From NCBI GenBank assembly GCA_903813345.2, contig CAIIXF020000001.1:29388001-29452000 (forward strand): a DNA stretch of 64,000 nucleotides. The letters are read 5' to 3'. Each line of letters opens with the position of its first letter. Position 1 is the first letter of the stretch. Positions 1-11,900 of this stretch are shown here, one piece after another. This DNA comes from Owenia fusiformis. Its lineage: Eukaryota. Both the position numbers and the translations under genes were made by a program. The notes beneath the pieces were generated by a model. It was not told the DNA's origin. It worked only from the letters and a program-made list of their open reading frames with translations, and ran no database searches.

Positions 1-102
1 AAACAAATCGATGTTCACTTCCATGGTTTTTCTTAATAATCAATTGGGTAATATGTTATATTTGTAACAACCAATCAGTATTAAGAGTCGAATAAAACTT
101 AC

Positions 103-225
103 GACAATTTTCTTCCAATTCATCTGAGCCATCGAGACAGTATTCTATACCATCACATTTATAACTACCATCTATACACTCCCCATCATTACAGCGGAAT
201 TCACCAACAGCACAAACAATAGGTG
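103..225 (-). CDS. HSPG2: LDLa exon 17 ([40 protein letters not shown])
   Basis: LDLa motif; ttttag/GTAAGT; 123 nt. Confidence 0.92.
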
Positions 226-681
226 CTAAAATATTATATCTCAAATATTGTAAAAACAACCAAAACCACACATTATATTGGTGTACGTGTCAAATATTCC
301 ACGAAGTTCTTCTTGTATTATGTAATGTTATAATGAAATTTAAAATGGTTAAACTTGTTTTTGAAATATCTTCTTGAGGAGTTGTTGACAGATAACTTAG
401 TTTAAATGAGGTGTAGTATTGTGTTGGAGAAAATTCTGAATTAGACCTAAACTGACCTTCAATTGTTTGCGGTTGTATGTATGCATGTGGTATGTATGTA
501 TGTATGTGTATTGGATGTATCAGTCTAGTATCAATAAAGCATTGCTTATTAGGTTGTGGTCCATCTTGGAACATATCCCGTGACGAATTGCACTTCACTG
601 TTGTGACAGTTGTGCAATTTTTATTGAACAATTGTTCAATAAAATACCTAAATATAAAGTATAAATGAAAAGTATACTTAC

Positions 682-813
682 GACAGTCTGCTCCAGTTTC
701 GTCTGAACCGTCACTACAGTCAACAAAACGATCACATTTCTTAGCTATATCGACACACTGTTTGTTTTCACATTGAAACTCACTAGAACTACACTCTGAC
801 TCTACCGGTGTTG
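682..813 (-). CDS. HSPG2: LDLa exon 16 ([43 protein letters not shown])
   Basis: LDLa motif; ttttag/GTAAGT; 132 nt. Confidence 0.92.
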
Positions 814-1492
814 CTAAAATATCATGCAGCATAAAATATTGATTCCAGATCAATGACTATGTGATCAAAATACTAAAGTCAACATATAATTTTTTTGTCA
901 TTGATGTGACATCAGTGTTTGCAAAAAGAAAGCATAAAGGAAAAGCTTATGAATCTGACAAAGAGATTTAAACAATATATGTTTTGACAAAAAACAGGGT
1001 CAAAAGATAAAAAATAAAATAATAGAAGATGATTGTGTAATATATTTTTCTCTTTGTCAAATTAGCAGGTACGGACAATACTTTACAAACATAGAAACTT
1101 ATACTACGGAATATGTTGGTGTCAATACTGAATGGACAAAATCCGATGGTGACCACATTTTCATTTAAAGTTTGTATCAGTTCTAGTAAGCAATCCTGAC
1201 AAAATCTTTTATTGAACATTTTTGATAAAATCTAAGATAATTCAGATCCTATTTGATGCTGTCACATCATTTGAAGTTTTGCTGGCTGATTTGGAAATAT
1301 TAAATAACTAAATGGGCAACAGTCACCATCAGATAAAAGGGAAATAAACTATTGCTAAGCATTGGTTTATACTATACTAAACTTAAACTAAATAAAGCGA
1401 TCTATACTACATGTGATTGACTACAACTATGCCAAAAGAGCATGCATCCATAACAAAAATTAAAAATTTTAAAAATTCTTGGAAAAACTTAC

Positions 1493-1615
1493 GACAAGTA
1501 GCTTCAAATTCATCTGAACCATCAGAACAGTCCTCACGGCCATCACACTTTCTCCTTACATCAATGCAGTCACCATTACCACATTTGAACTCATTATCAG
1601 TGCATGCAACTGTAA
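1493..1615 (-). CDS. HSPG2: LDLa exon 15 ([40 protein letters not shown])
   Basis: LDLa motif; tag acceptor (alternative start 1609), GTAAGT donor. Confidence 0.92.
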
Positions 1616-2107
1616 CTACAATAAGGGGAGCACAGGTCTTAGAGCATGCCACCTGAGACTACTTACAGTAAATACCAAATCAAAAAATGGATGAAATGAA
1701 AGCTTCAAAACTGGCAACTGAATACAAGATTCATTTGAACATGCAGGCACTGAGATTTTCAATAACAGCTTTCCCTGAAATGCCCTTTATATAAAGACAG
1801 ATAAGGTATATCATATCATGGTTAAATGTTATAACTCATACTTGTCAAAAATTACATTAAGAAGATAGTTTATTCAAGGATTTAATAATTGTCTTGAACA
1901 GTCAATGCCCATCACTGCTCCAAGCAAATAACTATATGTGCTAAGTCTGATAACTTTGATCACTAAAACTAAGTCACTCTTTGACAAGTACAAGTGAAAC
2001 CTATTCTACTTATCATTCACCTATGTTCTTATTTAGTGTAGACAACAAATAATAACCATCACAAGCAATGAAAGGAAACATGCATGAAGAATTCAAAGTG
2101 TACTCAC

Positions 2108-2230
2108 GACAAGTAGCTTCAGATTCATCTGAACCATCGGAACAGTCCTCGCGGCTATCGCACTTTCTCCTTGCATCAATGCAGTCGCCATTGGCACATG
2201 TGAACTCAAAAGCAGTGCACTCTACTGCAG
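2108..2230 (-). CDS. HSPG2: LDLa exon 14 ([40 protein letters not shown])
   Basis: LDLa motif; tag acceptor (alternative start 2224), GTGAGT donor. Confidence 0.92.
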
Positions 2231-2660
2231 CTAAAATGTGGGAAACATTGTAAGCGCACATGCAGGGAGCTGATGAAGTGATATTCTATTGTTCCAAATA
2301 TTTGTATTGCTAATATTCACATTGTTTGTTAAAAACATGCAATATGTCAACTGCTCAAACATTTTAATATTGAATTTTTCAAAACCTCTCAGCCATTTTG
2401 CCCAAATGATAAATGCAATATTTAATGTTCATCCCATTTATGTCGAACCAGATACAATGCTGAATAATATTAGCAATATAAATATATGTATTGTTCATGT
2501 ACTTTAAGTTCTTTTTTGGAGTACAATGAAGAATGATTCTATTTTGAACTACTAATAAAGCACTGTGATAAAGACAATATTGGAAATCCAGGAAATATGT
2601 TCCAAAACAAAAATGACTAAATACAGTATCAGTATATAAGGGTTGTTTAGCATTTTAAAT

Positions 2661-2754
2661 ATACAGGGTTCATACATGGGAAATATCTGTATCTCCCTAT
2701 GGGCCACAGGGACTGAGAAAGATACACATATTTCCCAAGGGATAAACCCTGCAT
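2661..2754. repeat. Degenerate hairpin, probable relic of the same hairpin-element class
   Basis: ACAGGGTT...TGGGAAATATCTGTATCT pairs with AGATACACATATTTCCCA...AACCCTG. Confidence 0.6.
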
Positions 2755-3163
2755 CCAAATCCAAGCATACATAATAAACATATCCTATACCTCCATTCTA
2801 CCTATTATAAGGTTTTTTAAAAAATGTTAAAAAGCTTAATTCTAGTTTTTGAAAATGGAATATTTCAGATAACACTTTTGAGTAAAAATGAAAAAATTCA
2901 TGTTCAGTTTTAAAACTGAGATAAAAATCTATTTTTAAAACTGTTATGAAGTGGGACAGGATTGACAAATGAAAAATGCCTCTGCTGTAGCAGGATATAT
3001 AAATTCCACTCCCTAGATACATCATATATTCCCATGTGTTATCTACATGGGATACACATGTTCATCCAATGGTCATTTCTGTATAGTAGTCATTAAAGCC
3101 ATTGTATGTGGCTTTACCAGTGATCAGAGAAAACTGAGTCATATTGACCACATATACACTTAC

Positions 3164-3286
3164 AACATGCACTTGCTGACTCATCTGATCCATCTCTACA
3201 GTCCTCATACTGGTCACATTTCCTTCTGTTATCTATACAATCACCATCTGAGCAGCGGAATTCATAAGCAGTGCATTCACGAGGGG
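3164..3286 (-). CDS. HSPG2: LDLa exon 13 ([40 protein letters not shown])
   Basis: LDLa motif; tag/GTAAGT; 123 nt. Confidence 0.92.
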
Positions 3287-4413
3287 CTACAATATGGGAA
3301 GTTAACAGGGTATTCATAAGCGCAAACGCAAGGAGCATGAATCTATTTTGTCATATGATTCCTCGTTTTGATACTGAACAAAACCTGAATCATTAAACAT
3401 CATAGATTTCAATGTTAATCAAAATTATTCACTCCTTCCCAACCAAGTATCTTATTCATAGACAAGCAGTCTTTAAATACAGGCACAACTCATTTTGGGA
3501 TTTTGGGAGGAGACCTTTGGATTGCATAGTGTGACACTGCATTTGAAGAATTGAAGATAACTGGTTGGGACCGAGTGAACAATCGCGCAATGCATGGCCC
3601 TGGCATCAAAGTCACCCCCAAAACAGGTACTGACACAATCATAAAAAAAATTGTATAAGAATTTCAAGTCAGGTCAATTATAGTGTCATAGGTGATTGCT
3701 GTTAACCATCATTAATCTTGAGCTACCTTCATTATTTCAATTTCAGAAAACAATAATTTTGTAAATATCATCTCTAACAGCGTTTGGACCAATGGTCAAA
3801 CACATGTGTATTAAATAAAACACTGAGACGTGATGTCAAAAGTATCTAAAGATTAATATCCTGGAAGGTTTTTAACTGTGAAATGCTTTAAATAGAAAAC
3901 AATCAAGTTCTCAAGTCCACCAATGCAACTAGATAGCATGTACCCATGCATTCTTGAGTGCTCCAGCCCCTAACCACTTTGCATTTAAAAACAAAAATCA
4001 GGTTTATTAAAAAATAGGGTTTTTCAAAAAGCAGAAAACAACAATTATTATTATCATCTCACTGTCATAGTTCTCATTCTGTGATTTGTTGAACAGGGAT
4101 CATATGATACAAAAGATATCTTGCGATATTTCCCTGTAATCCTTGCTGTTCATTGGCAGAAAAGTGAGCCTCGTTTTAAAGAGCAAATATTCCATTCAAC
4201 CTGTTTTTAATATTCCTTCTCTATAATGAATCCCTCCCTTTTCCATGGTTACAGAATAAGAAACACAACAGTGAATAATAAAACAAATATTTCATTCTAT
4301 TGTCAAAAGAACAAAATATTTGAATAGTATGTTTTGGAAATAAGCAGCAACAAATACAATACTGAGGAAATTAATACTTGTTAATAGGTTGCAGAGATTC
4401 AAGATTGACTTAC

Positions 4414-4536
4414 GACATGTGGCGTCATTTTCATCTGAGCCATCACGGCAATCATCTCGTCTATCGCACTTCCTCCTGCCATCAATACACTGGCCATTGT
4501 CGCAGCGGAATTGGTCTGGGGTACAATCCCCTGATG
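4414..4536 (-). CDS. HSPG2: LDLa exon 12 ([40 protein letters not shown])
   Basis: LDLa motif; cag acceptor (alternative start 4530), GTAAGT donor. Confidence 0.92.
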
Positions 4537-4886
4537 CTGAAGCCAAAGAAAATGTTATGTTACTATTAATTTGAAATTGTAAATAAAACATAAATTATCC
4601 ACATTTTTGTTTGAAGAAGTTCTTTTATTGTATGCATCATGTAGTGTTCGTTTTTTATTTCAAGTTTTTTGTCAGGGAGTAATGTTAAAGCCGATCAACT
4701 GGGGCTCAGAAAAATTTGGTTGTGTGACAACTAGCAAAGGAATTCCTCTGTCATATTCATCTACACTATAGCATAGACTTGAAACAAATCAAATCTCTTA
4801 TTTCAACACATTCCATATGTATTGCTGAACACAATAAGTACCAGTAATAAAAATCTACATATGATAGTAAAACTAAAATGACTTAC

Positions 4887-5000
4887 GGCAATCCTTTTCA
4901 TCAGATTTGTCTTTGCAATCAGGTCGTCCATCACACTGCAGTCCGGCATCGACACACTGACCTCCAGTCTCACATCTAAACTGACCGCTTACACAGCGTG
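4887..5000 (-). CDS. HSPG2: LDLa exon 11 ([37 protein letters not shown])
   Basis: Hand translation; tag/GTAAGT; 114 nt. Confidence 0.9.
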
Positions 5001-5082
5001 CTATTTATGGAAATAACCAAGGAAAGCGTGAATGGCAAATCAATGTATAATATTATTCGAATGATGCACAGTGAGAAAGTGA

Positions 5083-5226
5083 TCCTAAATTAAGTGCAGA
5101 GTAGGTGACCTTCAAATCTGTGTCACTGTAAAAAATCAGATTCCCGAAAACATTTTTTTCTGTACCAAATTCAGAAATCTGATAATTTTATACAGGGCAC
5201 ATATCGAAGAGGCATCTAAATTTAGG
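5083..5226. repeat. Degenerate palindrome (old MITE-like)
   Basis: CCTAAATT...CTTC...TGTGTCACTGTAAAAAATCAGATT pairs imperfectly with AATCTGAT...TACAGGGCACA...GAAG...AATTTAGG. Confidence 0.5.
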
Positions 5227-6235
5227 CCAAAATCAGTACATTACTCGTAATACTTGTATTTCATGATTTTCAAATCTACCTCCATAATTATACTGCAATA
5301 AAATAGAGTTTTATCCTGCAGTGATAAATACTATGATATCTCACCATAAGATAAAGGAGGATAGTTTTGAAAGTCAGTTCAAGCATACTGTACATTATAT
5401 ATGAATATTTCAATGATGAAATAGCTGAACATGCATTCATGATTTCATTTCTACGTGAGAAGCAGTTTTAGAAGTTAAATAAGTTTCAATCATTCTGTGA
5501 ACCATTTAATTTTAAGAAATGTCCCGAGGGAAGTTATGGCAAATGAGGCACAATTAGTGTGCGTAATGATAATGATTAAAAGCCACAATGAAAACTACTT
5601 AGTAATAACAATGTTTTGAAATATTAGATCAAATAGCCTTATTATTAAATTATGACAACTCAATTAAGTGCTATATTCTATATTTACTTATATGTATTAC
5701 TTACTTTAATTAGATGTTTCAGTGGGAGAAAGCATTCAGAACAGATAAGATACACACATAAGACAAGACAATACAAGTGGCAAGGAAGAATCATGACAAA
5801 TACAAAGAGACGAAAGTAGAGATTGCATATACAGTAATATACCTACTACAATATAGGGCACAAACAATGTACATTGGAACAGCCGCATCCCTTGTGCAAA
5901 TGTGAGTTTAGGCACAAACTACTAAATCGATACCCCAAAAAGATCAATGTACCATAGAAAAAACTGATGATCATTTCCCCTTTCTAAATCATGTAAATAT
6001 TTCAATGAATGAATCCTTAAATGAATAATGTCTGTAATTTTGACATTCTGCACCTTTTCATCCAAAACATAATTTGTAATACCTTTGATATTGGAACTTT
6101 TTTCTGAAAATATAAAAGCTTGAAAAAAATCAACAATTCAGTAACTAAGGCTCTACCAAATGTCTCAAAAGTTCCAATAGTACAATGCAAGTGACAGAAT
6201 ATCTACATCTACGACTAGTACATATACAGACTTAC

Positions 6236-6358
6236 TACAACCCTCTTCGTCAGAATTCCGCTCATCATTACAATCTCGACGGCCGTCACACCGACGCCGT
6301 ATATCAATGCAGAGGCCATTGTGGCACCGAAATTGGTCCAGGCGACATATTACTGAGG
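6236..6358 (-). CDS. HSPG2: LDLa exon 10 ([40 protein letters not shown])
   Basis: Hand translation; tag acceptor (alternative cag gives start 6352), GTAAGT donor. Confidence 0.9.
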
Positions 6359-8986
6359 CTACAAGTCACATGGGACATTCTCTCACATCACACAATAACA
6401 GGCAGGGACCAGCTATGAAACCTAGCGGCAAATTTGGGGAGATGGGTTTTTGGAGAGCTGGGGCAGATTGCAAATGGACATCATATTCAGCATGGATGGT
6501 CTGGTTGTCTTTTAACTTATTTTATCAGTTTCAGGTTGGATTACTTTGGACTATTTTTCATTTATTTCTCAAAGTATTTTGATCTTATTTCTCAAAGTAT
6601 TTTGATCTTATTTCTTTACGAATGTTGATTGGTAATGAGGTAGTTCCCAGGGTTTAGAGGGAGAGCCGCTAGGTTTCCTACTTAAGTAAGCAACTAACTT
6701 CCATTGCAGTTCTCATGATTTCCAGAAACGAACGATAATATAGAATTGTTGAACAATAATCATGTAGTAGTAGTTAATTAATAGAACTTAAAGTATTCTA
6801 AGAGTATACCAAAAAGGCGAATGAACACCTAAAAGGATTCATGAGTTTGTAGTAGAGAGAGACAGCTAAGATTTGTAAGATACGAAAATTAAGAGGATAG
6901 CTATCATGAACATAGAGATTTGAAAACCTGAGGAAATCATGAGCTAGCCTACAATGGTTTGGTTAGTTCTAGTACTTACAGTTCACATGCCTCTGCAGCA
7001 TAGACACCAGATAGATTAATCACAGGACTGTATGATCTCCCCAGTTTTAAACACAACACAGCATATCACAAAGCCCCAAATAAATCCCAATATAAGCTGA
7101 TCTTTGTATTCATTTAGATTAACCAATTACATAACTAGCCATGTTTTCTTTGGGACTGTGAGCTAGACTGAGAATGAAACATCCATTTGACAATGAAAAA
7201 CCCATGTTAGGTCAGATGTGAATATGGAAAAGCAAACCAAAGCACTAAAAATGAGCCAAATGTGGCATTTGTAAGTTACATAAATAATATTGTAATTCCT
7301 ATATGAAATATGAAAGATCATTTTTTGCCTTTGTGAAAAATCATCAGGGAGATCATTACAGTATGAAAGTCAAACTTGGACAATTTATACTCAACATATT
7401 TGTTCTAATACTCAACGTTTTCTGTTTAATACTTGTTTCCAATAACTTTACATGACAATTTAAATCGTGATTGAGCTCAGGATACTGTTTATTCCTTATA
7501 TATTTTTACAAAATAGAATTTGAATGAAAAAGTACATCTCAAGATCAGGTCAATTCGCTGATGAAAAATGTATGCATACAACTACATATGAGATCATAAA
7601 TGCTGAGTGGTGAATCTAAAGGTACAAGTATATGAATGAATGAATGATGAGGGGAAATTCTACAAGCTCGACTTCCAGATAATTTAAATCATCAAGAAAT
7701 TATTATAATTACTTAATCAATTATTATTGTATGAAAAATCACATCAAGAGATCATTTATATTTCTATGTATTAGTATTTAGTACTATATAGGAACTATTA
7801 TTGGGAAACTATAAGGGTAACTTTCCCTTGAATATCACTCCACTTGTATCTTTTTGACATTATATCATTATTCTATGATACAATAATATGATTCCTCTGA
7901 GAACTCTTTTAATTTTTGTAAGATTCAATCATTCAATGTTGAAGCATCATGAGAAAAAGAATCCTATATCAAAAGGTACATTTACCAATAGTCCAGGTGG
8001 TCTACTGGAAGTATTCCACTTTGGGGATACATTGCGTAATTTGTCCAAGTGAAATGAAATTCAGGTGAACTAAATGTTGGTTTAACATAGAGTGTTGGAT
8101 AGTAAAATAACATTATCATTTATCACTTTTCCTTAGAAGGGAACTATTGGAGTGGATGTGCTGCTATGTATTAACTTATTTTATAAATTTATTGAAAACA
8201 TAATAACTAATAAAAATGAATAAATAAAATGAAAGATGCACTAAAAGTACTAACAAACAAAAATACTACTTAATTGTGAATCAGTGAATTAAATGAGAAA
8301 CATAAATCATGCTACTGAAATGTCTAAGCATTGGGAGGTCAATGGATAGAGATCCTACGTAATGAACTTGAATAAATGATATTGTTGAATGAATGAAATA
8401 ACATGCAGTAATAACTGAACAGTGTAGATTTAACTAAAAACATCAACAAAAACAACTATAGTCTTGGAGATATGAACAGTAAGGAGTGTATGGGAAAGGT
8501 TTAGAGAAAATGAATTGTTATTTTACAAGCCATCAAACTATTGAAACATGTAAGACCATATTTTCAAGCAGTTTATGAAGTCCATTTTACTAAAAATGTC
8601 TTTCCTTAGATGCGTAAAATGCAGCACATGTAACTTGCTAAAAGTTGCAAACAAGCATTCAAGTGGACGAGATTTTATAATGCAACCACTCCTTGAATGT
8701 AAGTCTACATAATGCCTCATTATTCAAGAAGAAGGAACATAATAGAGCAAATTCAACTTGATTCTACATGCTTACATTTTATTTCGTTTCAGACACTGAA
8801 CTGCTTGCAAATAATGGCATGCAGGATATGCATAGACAGGGTGCTTAGATGAAGGCAGTGAGCTAAACCTCTCATACCATGCAATAACAACAAACATGAC
8901 AAGTGCAATGAAATGTAAATGATACAGTGCATAAATTACTATACGGAAGGCATAGTCTCATTGATCCTTTAAAATTAACAACTTAC

Positions 8987-9103
8987 GACAGTCAAATTCA
9001 TCGGTTCCATCTGTACAGTCATATTGACGATTACAACGTTGAAGTACACTAATGCAATCTCCATTCTTGCACTGCCATTGGTCACTGGTACACGCTGGTT
9101 TTA
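8987..9103 (-). CDS. HSPG2: LDLa exon 9 (KPACTSDQWQCKNGDCISVLQRCNRQYDCTDGTDEFDC)
   Basis: Hand translation; ttctcag/GTAAGT; 117 nt. Confidence 0.92.
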
Positions 9104-9931
9104 CTGAGAACAAAAACATAGAAAGCTATGCTACTACAACATTCTAGGGTATACAACAGCTGCAATCTGTTGCTATGCTTCATTGCGCTGCATTCTTTGG
9201 TTGCTATGAGCATCGCACATTCACGCTGCATTTTGTACCTCTTGTTGAGGAAACATTCATGTATTTACTTATTCCCCTCAAATAAGTACATCCACCTTGT
9301 TCCTCCCCTACACTAACCACCATCAAAGTGCAAACCATGCTTCAATTATTCAACTTGATCAACTCTTGAGAGATTAAACAAATACATGAAGTCGCCTAAA
9401 AGAGTGTTACGCATATCATTACAAATGCTTTCAAATGCTTTGCTATTACCAATGTTTTGCGCAGATTTATTAACACTATCAGCTGAGTGAGCTATTTGAA
9501 ACCAAATTTTGCCCATTTACAAAATATTTGCTTTCAAATCATATCGATCAATGAAGCGCCTTTAAAAGACGTAAGATACAAAAACGTTTGAAGACGAACT
9601 TGCATATTACAACACATTTCTAATCCATACATTCTAAGGTCAATAGGTCTGTTCGTTGCAAAACATAACATTACAGTTTAGCCTAATAAATGACAATATT
9701 GCCTTAAGGTTTAAAGGGTCTTATTAAATAAATGTTCATTTTTGGATTATCAATTTAATTTATGTGTGAAAAATGGATTATCTATTTAAATGTCATCTAC
9801 TGAAAGTAAGACCCTTTAATTCCAAAGTAAGAGTCATTTGTGTAATCATATATACAAAATAGTAACATTAGATTAGGAAACAATTCTCACGAAATCATAC
9901 ACACATAATCTTAGACCAGTTGCCTACGTAC

Positions 9932-10048
9932 CACAACCGACTTCATCGCTACCATCTGCACAGTCAGCTCTGTTGTTACATTTAAGACGTGCATCAATAC
10001 ATCGACTCTCATCGGCACACTTGAACTCTCCAGCACGGCATTGAAGGG
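9932..10048 (-). CDS. HSPG2: LDLa exon 8 ([38 protein letters not shown])
   Basis: Hand translation; ctctag/GTACGT; 117 nt. Confidence 0.92.
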
Positions 10049-10290
10049 CTAGAGGTAATAAAATCTAAACTAGTGTGCAGTTTTGATACAGCATATAAAA
10101 TACCCATATCTCTCATATAACATAACTGAGGGTAAGCAATACTTATCATATTCATATACATATATGAGAGTGACATGGAATTAAGAACTTGAGGTGATCT
10201 AATGCAAGTGAATAAACAATACAGTGAACATGCATCAGGTATTTCAGTTTGCTCTCCTTCAACCTATATATGGACTTGAATACATACAAA

Positions 10291-10417
10291 ATATTCCATT
10301 CTATTAAGGTGAATACGTTTTCATCTTTTCCTCTTTATAATTGACACAGCCCTTAGGACAAGGGAAATATATGGATGGAAAGGTGAATACGTATTCACTG
10401 AAAATATGATGGAATAT
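10291..10417. repeat. Degenerate hairpin, probable hairpin-element relic
   Basis: ATATTCCAT...GTGAATACGTTTTCATCTTTTCC pairs with GGAAAGGTGAATACGTATTCAC...ATGGAATAT. Confidence 0.55.
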
Positions 10418-11170
10418 ATGGTTTATTGCATATTAAAGGAATGTTTCCCACTTACTTAGAAAATGTACAAAACAAGTGTATGCCTTTAAATCTACATTTA
10501 ATAGTTCTGAATAAAAATCTTGAAGTTTTTTGTTTATGACATTTTTCTCTGCCCATTCAAGATTCAAGTTATGTTGTCAAGTTATGAAGCTGCAGAACAT
10601 AATCTTGGTAGTATATGCCTTTCTCAACTGTGGTATACACTCTGTGGTATATATACAATAAAATAAGGCTGTAGATGGAGACTGCAGGTGACAGGGGAAT
10701 ATACAATCATCCTTTTAAATATCTTGAGAGATAGTGAGAAACATTCCAATGATATAATAAATCTGTCAATTGTGAGCTTCTAAGACACATGCTGCTATGT
10801 GTAATCAATATACAAAAGCATGGCTCATCATTATTAAAATAATGTAAGACAAGGCATTACCATGCAAAATGTCACAACCTGCCATTTGATACAGACACCA
10901 ACTGCCAAGCACCAACCAATTATAGCTGAACATCAACCACTAAACGCTGGACATTCAACACAAAAAGTTGGAGACCACAACAATATGTCACCACTTGTGG
11001 TGGTGACATAAACACTGACATCATTTTAGCATGACAAGGTATTGCGAATATCAAAATTAACTACAATTTTCTGTTGTCTAATAATTGCATTTAGCTTTGA
11101 AAACAGAAAATCATTTCATTCTGATTGCAGTGCTTTATTAGTGAGAATATAGAATAACATAGTCACTTAC

Positions 11171-11287
11171 GACAGTCTTCTTCATCTGAACCATCAGGGC
11201 AATCTGATCTTTGGTCACAGCGACGTCGTTTATCGATACAGTCACCACTGGCACATTGGAACTCACTATCCCGACAACCCACAGCAG
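11171..11287 (-). CDS. HSPG2: LDLa exon 7 ([38 protein letters not shown])
   Basis: Hand translation; tttttctag/GTAAGT; 117 nt. Confidence 0.92.
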
Positions 11288-11783
11288 CTAGAAAAATATC
11301 ATAATTTTATTTTTATGATTCAAGCATTTTAGATCAATCGTATTTTATTCAAGCAATGGGTATTCCACTCAAACTGCTAAGCTCAACCCTTCATTACATC
11401 CACCTGAATTCTTCATCAGAGATCTACTTTCAATCTTGATCTTACATCATGAAAACAGTTCCATAAGATTAATAACATTCAGGATTTTCAACTTGAAAGA
11501 AAACAAGTCTTTGGAACCATATTAACATAAAAATATCAAAATCTATCAAGACATTTCAAGTATTCAATAATGTAATTTTTCCAATAAGGTTAGCCTATAA
11601 TGCCATTGGTGCTAGGCAGCAGTACCATACTTGTATATTTTTCAATAATGTCATAAATAAATGAATAAATAAATATGAAAAAAAACATAAATATTCATGA
11701 AATGTCATATGACAGTATTACACCCATTCAAATTAATGATCTAACGCATCATATCCTTTATCCCAAATCAAAGTATAACTTAC

Positions 11784-11900
11784 GACAGCCAAATTCATCT
11801 GAGCCATCTCTACAGTCAACCCTACTGTCACATTTCCTATTTTCATCAATGCACTCCCCAGTGATACATTGGAACTGTCCCCGTCCACATGGCTTGGAGG
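11784..11900 (-). CDS. HSPG2: LDLa exon 6 ([38 protein letters not shown])
   Basis: Hand translation; ttttttccag/GTAAGT; 117 nt. Confidence 0.92.

Noticed and set aside
290-681. C-terminal extension of ORF 290-853 and similar extensions of other LDLa ORFs
   Set aside because: Intron read-through past clear GT donors; low-complexity translation.
6974-7000. Possible microexon (cag...GTAAGT on the minus strand)
   Set aside because: 11 or 13 nt, not frame-preserving, with a weak pyrimidine tract.
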